Shown: positions 14,564-21,500 of the stretch, piece by piece | Layout: every line of letters begins with the position of its first letter | Position numbering within the stretch: the first letter of the stretch is position 1 | Virus record (IMG/VR): IMGVR_UViG_3300012345_000014 | Location: 1-37,445 of that record | Strand: one strand, 5' to 3' | From: a virus | DNA: 37,445 nucleotides | Notes under the pieces: model-generated | Database searches by the model: none | Told to the model about the DNA's origin: nothing | The model's input: the letters and a program-made list of their open reading frames with translations, nothing else | Made by a program: the position numbers and the translations under genes

Positions 14564-14661
14564 GAGTTGTCTGGCTAGACTGCTTTTGGCTATCCTTGTC
14601 GCGGCAGTAGGGTTAAACATGGGACGAACACAGACCCACAGGAAATACCTCCAGACAACTC
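14564..14661. repeat. 11-bp perfect inverted repeat bracketing an intergenic gap
   Basis: gagttgtctgg (14564-14574) and ccagacaactc (14651-14661) lie within the 14538-14675 non-coding gap. Confidence 0.8.
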
Positions 14662-14675
14662 AAAAGGGTTATTGG

Positions 14676-14918
14676 TTACCAGGGAATTTCGTCAAGGTCA
14701 TCGACAGGCTTTGCAGGCTTGTCCATCTTGACTGTTGCTGCACCGTCTTTCGGCTTAAATGACAGGCTCATATAAGTCTTGCCATTGCCTTTCTTGATCC
14801 AAGCACTGATCCACATATCGACTCCACCGATCAAGGCAGAACCGTTGTAATCTGGGTGATTGTCCGTTGTCTTGCGGTCGTTCTTAAATAGTGCTCCGCT
14901 GTTGTCTCGTTTTTCCAT
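14676..14918 (-). CDS. Mini single-stranded-DNA-binding-like protein with acidic C-terminal tip
   Basis: The track ORF starts at 15086. I prefer the internal ATG 14916-14918 (MEKRDNSGALFKNDRK..PDYNG....WISAWIKKG.GKTYMSLSFKPK). The C-terminus DDLDEIPW resembles the SSB DDDIPF tail. Confidence 0.55.
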   Translation of the reverse strand: MEKRDNSGALFKNDRKTTDNHPDYNGSALIGGVDMWISAWIKKGNGKTYMSLSFKPKDGAATVKMDKPAKPVDDLDEIPW

Positions 14919-15282
14919 ATTTCTTGTTTTTGGGTTTTGTTGTTCTGTCTCTAGCCGATCTCTTGAGAAGAGCGACGAAGGTATCTGGGTTAATCTTGAG
15001 AATGCCGTCTGACCAACTGTTGATTGACTGGCAGAGGTCTGCACAGGCTTTGGATTGTATCCACTCGGCACCGTTGATGAACTCACTCATGTCCTCTATC
15101 ATTGGACGATGACAGTATTTCTCCTGCAGTGTGACTGGATCAATGATGCCTATGTCGATACCCTTAACTGCGTCTTGTAGAGCGCATTTAATGATCTCTA
15201 GGCCTAACCAAGCATATCGGTTCTCAAGCGATTGTGAGTCGCCTGAGTTAAACAGCTTCCAGTCTGATAGTGGGTCACTCAT
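14884..15282 (-). CDS. Hypothetical protein
   Basis: 132-aa ORF with an 8-nt overlap with the exonuclease gene. Confidence 0.4.
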   Translation of the reverse strand: MSDPLSDWKLFNSGDSQSLENRYAWLGLEIIKCALQDAVKGIDIGIIDPVTLQEKYCHRPMIEDMSEFINGAEWIQSKACADLCQSINSWSDGILKINPDTFVALLKRSARDRTTKPKNKKYGKTRQQRSTI

Positions 15283-16090
15283 TTATCTTGAGCCAAGATG
15301 GAATCACAAGGTCTGTCCATCCCTGAGTGTATCCTGGCCAAGAGTCCTCAAAGCAGCACTTGGCATAAGTCTCAAGGTCTTTTTTATACTCTCTGCGTCC
15401 AAGCTCCATGAGAGCAGGTGGGACAGTGTAAATGGCCGTTAAATACGGTGCTTTCTTCTCCTGAGCGAGGAAGATGAATCCCTTGCTAGGATTACCTGTG
15501 ATAAGCTCTAGAGCATCACAGTAATAGGCTGCTTGGACATGATACCTGAAATTAAAGACAGACTTGCTGAACCCTGCTGGGCTGGCATCGTCACAGGTTT
15601 TGTAGTCAATGATGAAACCATCATGCCGGATAGCATCTAGCCTAGCTCTGCACTCCATCTCCTCGACTGGATCTGTCCAGAACAGGCTAGCCTCTGTGGA
15701 AGCGATGCCGTATAGCAGGTTTGAAGCGAGTTTATCCGCTTTGATTGCTGCCACCATGCCGTCTAGCTGCTCCTTTTCAGCAGGTGTAATGATCGTTTTA
15801 CCGATAGCCTGAGACTGATGGTAATCATACTCAGCTTTGCCCTCTTTAGTGCGTCTGTCGAGCTTAGGCAGGACATAAGCCTGAGCCTCAAACTTGTCCG
15901 GCTCCAACACTGCAAGGTGAGCTAAGGAACCGAATAGCATAGCTGGTGACGGCTCCTCTTTTGGCGCAGTCCTGCTGTGATGGAACATAGCTGGACACTT
16001 GTGGACAACGTCGAGACCGTGTTTGCTGATCTCAGGACGTGCGTGGTATTCCTGATCGTTCAGGTCGTGGATGATGGTGTTCTCTTTCAT
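15275..16090 (-). CDS. PD-(D/E)XK (Cas4/RecB-like) exonuclease
   Basis: 271 aa. RARLDAIRHDGFIIDYKT (D...D.K core) and YHVQAAYY (QxxxY). Typical partner of Sak4-type recombinases. Confidence 0.7.
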   Translation of the reverse strand: MKENTIIHDLNDQEYHARPEISKHGLDVVHKCPAMFHHSRTAPKEEPSPAMLFGSLAHLAVLEPDKFEAQAYVLPKLDRRTKEGKAEYDYHQSQAIGKTIITPAEKEQLDGMVAAIKADKLASNLLYGIASTEASLFWTDPVEEMECRARLDAIRHDGFIIDYKTCDDASPAGFSKSVFNFRYHVQAAYYCDALELITGNPSKGFIFLAQEKKAPYLTAIYTVPPALMELGRREYKKDLETYAKCCFEDSWPGYTQGWTDLVIPSWLKINE

Positions 16091-16344
16091 TTGGTTTTTC
16101 CTTTTGCTTTAGCAATTGCCGATTGCACCATATCCCATGCATGATAAGGAATGCTATTGTCATCATTTTCCAAGTTCTCCAACGCTTCCAACATCACACT
16201 CCATTGTTCTAACAGGCTCCGGTAATCCTTGAGGTTGATTTCTCCATACTTGCATCTAACCGCAGCACATTTGATAGGCGGGCAACATCCAGTTTCTCCG
16301 CAGCTATCACAGATTTCGCAATAGTAGTTTTCTGTTTCGTTCAT
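16087..16344 (-). CDS. Small Cys-rich (zinc-finger-like) protein
   Basis: 85 aa, with YYCEICDSCGETGCCPPIKCAAVRC. 4-nt overlaps on both sides. Confidence 0.45.
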   Translation of the reverse strand: MNETENYYCEICDSCGETGCCPPIKCAAVRCKYGEINLKDYRSLLEQWSVMLEALENLENDDNSIPYHAWDMVQSAIAKAKGKTK

Positions 16345-17219
16345 GCCTGTTCCTCCGCGAGTTCGATTTGTTTCTTGTTAAGGTAGGCCAAGATGCGTTC
16401 TTGCTCCTTGGTTGTAGTGTCACTGAGCTTCTTCTTGCTAAGTTTGCCTAGCAGTTCAGGCACAAATCGTTCTGCCAAGGGATGTTCGATGATCTGAACA
16501 TCGAGACTAAACGCATCAGGCTCTGTTTTCTGTGTAACAGATACGACTTCGCCAGTGGAAAGCCACTTAGCGATTGCTTTTCCAGTGTCCTCAGTGACTT
16601 GAAAGATCTTGTCAGTAAACATGCCTGTGCGGTCTTTGGATGCACTAGCCTGGTGACTCATGTCAACGTCGAGAACAGTAGTAAACTCGTATTCAATGCC
16701 GTCTCGCATGATCGGAGCCATACCCACCTTCTTGATAATAGTGCGACCGCTAGAGTCCTTATCAATGACATGATCCATCTTGGAACGTAGGCAGCAAATG
16801 ACATGCAGTTTAGACTGTAAGACAGCATCCAGAATGCCCTTGAACTTGTTGCCAGCGTCTGCCCAGTTGGTATAACTGTTTCCACCACGGCCATCAAGCT
16901 TGGACTTGTATTCCAAGATGCCCTCCCAGATGTGAGAAGCAGAGTCAATCACTAGCACCTCATAACCTGCGCCTTCAGCGGCGTTGATTGCCTGAATGAA
17001 CTTGTCGTGGGTAAATGGTGGGGACAAGTCGAGAGTGTCGAAGTCAAAGCGGTCAGAGTAGAGGCTAGCACTGCCATTCTCCGTGTCGATTACAGCCACC
17101 TTCTTGCCATCGGCTAGACCTTTGGCTAGTCTGAGACTACTAAAGGTTTTACCAGAGCCGCTAGCCCCTGTTACGGCCAGTTTAATCTTGGCCTGTTTGC
17201 GTGTTGCTTTCTTGAACAT
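16341..17219 (-). CDS. Sak4-like RecA-fold ATPase (recombination)
   Basis: 292 aa. Walker A VTGASGSGKT and Walker B VLVIDSASHIWE. Matches the phage AAA/Sak4 family pattern. Confidence 0.7.
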   Translation of the reverse strand: MFKKATRKQAKIKLAVTGASGSGKTFSSLRLAKGLADGKKVAVIDTENGSASLYSDRFDFDTLDLSPPFTHDKFIQAINAAEGAGYEVLVIDSASHIWEGILEYKSKLDGRGGNSYTNWADAGNKFKGILDAVLQSKLHVICCLRSKMDHVIDKDSSGRTIIKKVGMAPIMRDGIEYEFTTVLDVDMSHQASASKDRTGMFTDKIFQVTEDTGKAIAKWLSTGEVVSVTQKTEPDAFSLDVQIIEHPLAERFVPELLGKLSKKKLSDTTTKEQERILAYLNKKQIELAEEQA

Positions 17220-17237
17220 GATGTTGTGTTTGGGTGA

Positions 17238-17414
17238 TTATTGTTCGTTGAATTGTGCGTTGCGTCCATCTTTCCAGCCTTTGTTGTAGGATGTGGATCT
17301 GATATGACGGATGAGCCGTTCATCAAGTATCAATTGCTTGTAGATCAGAAACGTGCAGATCATTGTGGCTACTAGTGAGCCACAGAGGAATGAGAGGATG
17401 TTGGTGAGTTCCAT
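17238..17414 (-). CDS. Small membrane protein (below the ORF-track cutoff)
   Basis: Own translation: MELTNILSFLCGSLVATMICTFLIYKQLILDERLIRHIRSTSYNKGWKDGRNAQFNEQ*, 58 aa, with one N-terminal TM-like segment. Confidence 0.4.
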   Translation of the reverse strand: MELTNILSFLCGSLVATMICTFLIYKQLILDERLIRHIRSTSYNKGWKDGRNAQFNEQ

Positions 17415-17470
17415 TGTGTTGTTTAGTTGTTTGCGTCAGCTTGTTTGTTGCTGACGACTTAGTCCTAATC

Positions 17471-17490
17471 CTTTTAAAAGATAGTGCAAC
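17471..17490. promoter_or_regulatory. Second copy of CTTTTAAAAGAT plus TAGTGCAAC
   Basis: cttttaaaagat at 17471-17482 and tagtgcaac at 17482-17490, in the 17415-17492 intergenic gap. A 7-bp hairpin cgtcagc/gctgacg (17434-17456) lies next to it. Confidence 0.6.
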
Positions 17491-17492
17491 AA

Positions 17493-17753
17493 CTATTTCA
17501 AACGATAATGCTTAACGTGTCGTAAACCGTTGGGAGTCATCACAATAAAAGTTTTACACTCAATGCGTCCGGAGTTGATGGACATGGTAATAACCTCGTT
17601 CATTCGTGATCTTTTGAGGTGAAAGATGCTTTCCAGTTGCAATCTGGTTTTCCAGTCTTCACTAGGAGTTTCGTGACTGCTAACTTGCTCTACTTGTAAA
17701 GCACTAATCCAGTCAGAATTCTTTGAACCCAGTGGGTAGATACCACTTGCCAT
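17493..17753 (-). CDS. Hypothetical protein, start uncertain
   Basis: The track ORF 17493-17813 overlaps the phosphoesterase 3' end by 100 nt. Internal ATGs at 17771, 17753 and 17603 are alternatives. No motif recognised. Confidence 0.25.
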   Translation of the reverse strand: MASGIYPLGSKNSDWISALQVEQVSSHETPSEDWKTRLQLESIFHLKRSRMNEVITMSINSGRIECKTFIVMTPNGLRHVKHYRLK

Positions 17754-18441
17754 TGCTGTCTTTTCGTGCATGCCAAGCTTGCCAGTCCCCTGTCTTGTCG
17801 TTGATGATTCCATAAATCCAGCCGTTTGAGTGTCGTAGTGTAGAGGTGTGGCCTGAGTTGTAACTCATTTCTAGCTCACACAAGGCACCGCTAGACATTG
17901 CGACCCTTTTGTCAAGACCAGCAATCGCAACAGAGTCAGCGGCATGGATATGACCGAAGATGCATGATCCGTAGACTAGAGCGTGTTGCCTGCAAGCGTT
18001 GATTCCATGATGGAAGCCATGGAGGAAACGAACATTGCCAAGCTGGATGATACCTAACCGCTTGTGATAGGGTTTAACCACGCATTTGAGCTTCCCATAA
18101 AGTGCAGCAAGCTCAATGCACCCTTTCATGGCATAGTCGGCTTTAATGCCTGCTGTATGGTTCTCAGCTAGGTCGTAGAGCCGTTTATCATGGTTACCTT
18201 CTAGGACATAGTTAGGCCGCCACTGTCGTAGGAACTCACATCCTGCTGTCCAGTCGTTGAGCATACTCTCAGCCTGTTCCTCTGCTCCTGCTCCACGCCT
18301 CAGCGGTCGAAGGTCAAAGATATCTCCACCGAAGATTCGGTCGTGAGGTCGGAAATCCTTCGTGAACTCATGCAAGGCTTTAATCGTCGCGGAGTCCTGC
18401 TTGTCACCATGCAGGTCTGTGGCGAAGATAAAGCGTCTCAT
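17713..18441 (-). CDS. Calcineurin-like metallophosphoesterase (NinI-type Ser/Thr phosphatase-like)
   Basis: 242 aa. FATDLHGD, FGGDIFD, EGNHD, HGF and GHIH motifs in the canonical order. Confidence 0.8.
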   Translation of the reverse strand: MRRFIFATDLHGDKQDSATIKALHEFTKDFRPHDRIFGGDIFDLRPLRRGAGAEEQAESMLNDWTAGCEFLRQWRPNYVLEGNHDKRLYDLAENHTAGIKADYAMKGCIELAALYGKLKCVVKPYHKRLGIIQLGNVRFLHGFHHGINACRQHALVYGSCIFGHIHAADSVAIAGLDKRVAMSSGALCELEMSYNSGHTSTLRHSNGWIYGIINDKTGDWQAWHARKDSNGKWYLPTGFKEF

Positions 18442-18444
18442 GCG

Positions 18445-18591
18445 TTATTTCTTTCTGTTAGCCTTCTTCATTGCAGCTTTCTGCACTGAATAGGCAATGG
18501 CAATGGCTTGCTTCTGAGGTTTACCGCTTTTCATCTCGGTTGAGACATTCTTGCTAAACGACTTCGGAGAATAACCTTTAATGAGTGGCAT
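18445..18591 (-). CDS. Small conserved basic protein (below the ORF-track cutoff)
   Basis: Own translation: MPLIKGYSPKSFSKNVSTEMKSGKPQKQAIAIAYSVQKAAMKKANRKK*, 48 aa. The pattern (MP..KG.S.K..SKN...EM..GKPQKQA.AIA) recurs in many phage and bacterial small proteins. It exactly fills the gap between the 1718-aa gene and the phosphoesterase. Confidence 0.55.
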   Translation of the reverse strand: MPLIKGYSPKSFSKNVSTEMKSGKPQKQAIAIAYSVQKAAMKKANRKK

Positions 18592-18592
18592 A

Positions 18593-21500
18593 TTACTTGG
18601 ATTTAGATTGGACTAGTTTCTGCGCTGATTCAAGCGAATCTTTTACACCTGCTAAGGCTCCAGTGGCTAGATAGACTCGGTATTTGCCAGAGGTTGACTT
18701 GATGATTCGTGATCCGTCTGAGCCGTTGAGGATGTTGGGTGAGGTTGGATCGGGTTGGAATCGGATGTCGTTAGACTTGGGTAATAGAACCGCACGGTTG
18801 TCTTGAATATCCATGCGATAACCTTCTCTAGCTAATTTCTGATAAATAGCAGCGGTTCCCTCTGTGATTTCTTTGTCGCTTTTAATGGACACACCCTTAT
18901 CAAGCCAATAGCGATAGAACTCTGAACCAATGCCTCGTCCACGATAATTCTCATCAATTTGGATCATGTTGATAGAGATTTGCTCTGGGCTTTTGGTAAG
19001 TCGAACAAATCCAATCGGCGCATCGTTGTCATCCACAATAAAGAGTTCATGCGCTCCAAATGGGCTTATGGTATCTTTGCCGCGAACCATTAAATGAGCT
19101 TCGTCGGCAATAGTATCCACCAACTTATCTTTTGCCGCGTTAAACTTGGGCATCACAAATTGATCATCTTCCAAGTCTAGCGTTTGCAGCTCTTCTAATT
19201 TATTATTGAATTGCTCTGGAGTGACTGGCTGGAAGCGGATGTCGGGTGCATCTGTGTTTGAGCGTTTGATTCCAGATTGTTCAATATAAGCATCAAGTCC
19301 AACTAGTCGAGGTTGTGTGCCAAGAGCGATGTGTGAACTAAATTTATTGCCTGGAAATACAACAGACTGATAATCACCAATTAAACCGCTGGCAGATATT
19401 GGATCTTTTAGATAACCAATAGGCTTTCCTTGGATCTCCCAATCATAACTGTAATGGAAACCAGTGCGCTTTGGTTGTGCGTCTAATGGTATCTGCACTA
19501 AAGCAACAATTGTTCCGTTTGGTAGATTAGTGAAGCGAGGATCGTTTGCTTGTTGTGCCAATTGTGTGGCAGCAATTCCAAGTTTTTCTTGTTCTACAAA
19601 TGGGATGATTGAATTAGTCCTCTTCTTTAAAAGAACATCACGCAACACACCACCAGGCTTGATTGCAAACTCAGGTGTTTTAAGCAGTTCATTAAGTGAA
19701 CGAATAGCAGGAGTCTGATTTTCTTTATCTTTTGAGCCTTTTGTTAGATTATGGACTTCACCATAAATCTCTTCAATAAATGCATCCATATCTTTTCTGG
19801 ATACCAATTTTGAATCTACAGCAGCTTCAAGTGCATCTTTATAAGCACGTTGAGTTGTTTTGTTAGAAAGGCTTGCTTCTTGACCTTGTAAAGTAACCGC
19901 TAAAAGGAAATCTTTTTCACCAGGCTTGGCTTGTGCTCTAGCTCTAGCCAATGTCCCATCGGCTTTTGCTTTTGTTGTCCATGCCCATGCTGCGTTTGGG
20001 TGTTCTTCAATAAATGAAGGGCCACCTTGTGCAATCACAGATGCTTCTCTCTCACTACCAATTGGGCCAACATTAAAACGCCCACGTCTCATTCTATCTG
20101 CCGGAATAACCATTGCAAATTTGCCATGAAGTTCATCTAAAGATACATCTCCAACAGGTTGGAATCTCTTCATTGATTCCGGCGTTAGTATAACAACATC
20201 TTTTTCACCCTTAACAGGAATGACCTTGTTGAGGTCAGTGTCGATGATACCTTCGTTGAGTTTCTTTTGCTTAGATGCCTGAGTAGCAAATTCAGACTGA
20301 GCCTTTCTCATCGCCTTCTCTTTAGAATCAGCGATGCCAATCAGCTTGCCAGTGTCATCGTATGTCCTGAAGAGTTTCGACCCTGTTTTGTTGAGGATAC
20401 GGAAGCCGTCTGGATTGGTGAATGACTCACCGTTAGGGAGGGATTCGGGAGTGAAGGCGTCTGGTTGGAAGTTCCTCATTCCACGTTCGTAAGTCGTAGC
20501 CTCTTCGAATGCAAACTTGTTGCCTGAATCGACCAGCTTGGCAAAGCGTTCTGCTCTGTAGCTCTTAATCGTGTTCTGTGACTTATTAACGACACTCTGA
20601 GGAGCATTTAACAGTGTCTCACCGTTCCGAAGTCGGAAGCCTAAAGCATCATAGAACAGATTGCGTCTTGTCGCTCCTTTAACGCCTCCACCCAGCAACG
20701 TAGCTGAGTCCACAGCGTTAATCTGCGTGATATTGTCCATGTATTTCCTGAAGCCTTTGAGAGCTTCAGCAGGACTATCGAAAGCAGCCTTAAACTCTGG
20801 CTTTGTCATAGCCGTAGCTAGACGATCACGAACCTTGGACATATCAACGGCACGAATCAGAACGCCATCCTTGCTGTTAATCTCGACAGAGTAAGGGAGG
20901 ATTTCATTCTGGCTGGCAGACTTAACGCCAGCAACCATCTTGTTGCCTCCTTTGCCTCTTGTGTAGACTCCGTAATAACGAGTGTCGAAGGTAGACTTGT
21001 CGGCGCGTTGCATGGAGTTCAGAACCTCTACAAGCACCGCTTTAGCAGATGGATCTAATGCGCCACTGTCGAGGATAGCAGTGAGGGCAGTTGGGCTTAA
21101 TTGACCCTTAGCTGTCATCACAGTCTTTCCAGCCTTATCTCGGCTAAAGTCGATTCCAATCTTCTCGCTATCTGGTAGAGCAGATAATCGGCTAGTCATG
21201 TCTTGCCAACGTGCAGCAGCTTCAGCGTCAATCTGAGACTGACTCTTTGGCGTTCCATTGTCGTTTAGAACACCTTTAGCACCACCGTATGTCTTAGCCC
21301 ATAACGCTCTATCGGCAGGGTTAACTGGGATTAAATCAGGCTTGGCATTCGTTACATCGACAGTCTTGAGCTTTTGAGCAAATGCCTTCTTAACAATGGC
21401 ATCAAGCTCAGGGATACGAATAGGCTTGCCATTCTTGTCCTTGAAGGTCTTTGCCACATTATCAAAGCCAAGGTCCATGCCTTTCTCAAACATGACCGAC

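Noticed and set aside
14340-14762. 140-aa plus-strand ORF spanning an intergenic gap
   Set aside because: It runs antisense through the mini-SSB gene and the 51-aa ORF, whose minus-strand products carry recognisable features. No supporting motif was found. The gap is better explained by regulatory repeats.
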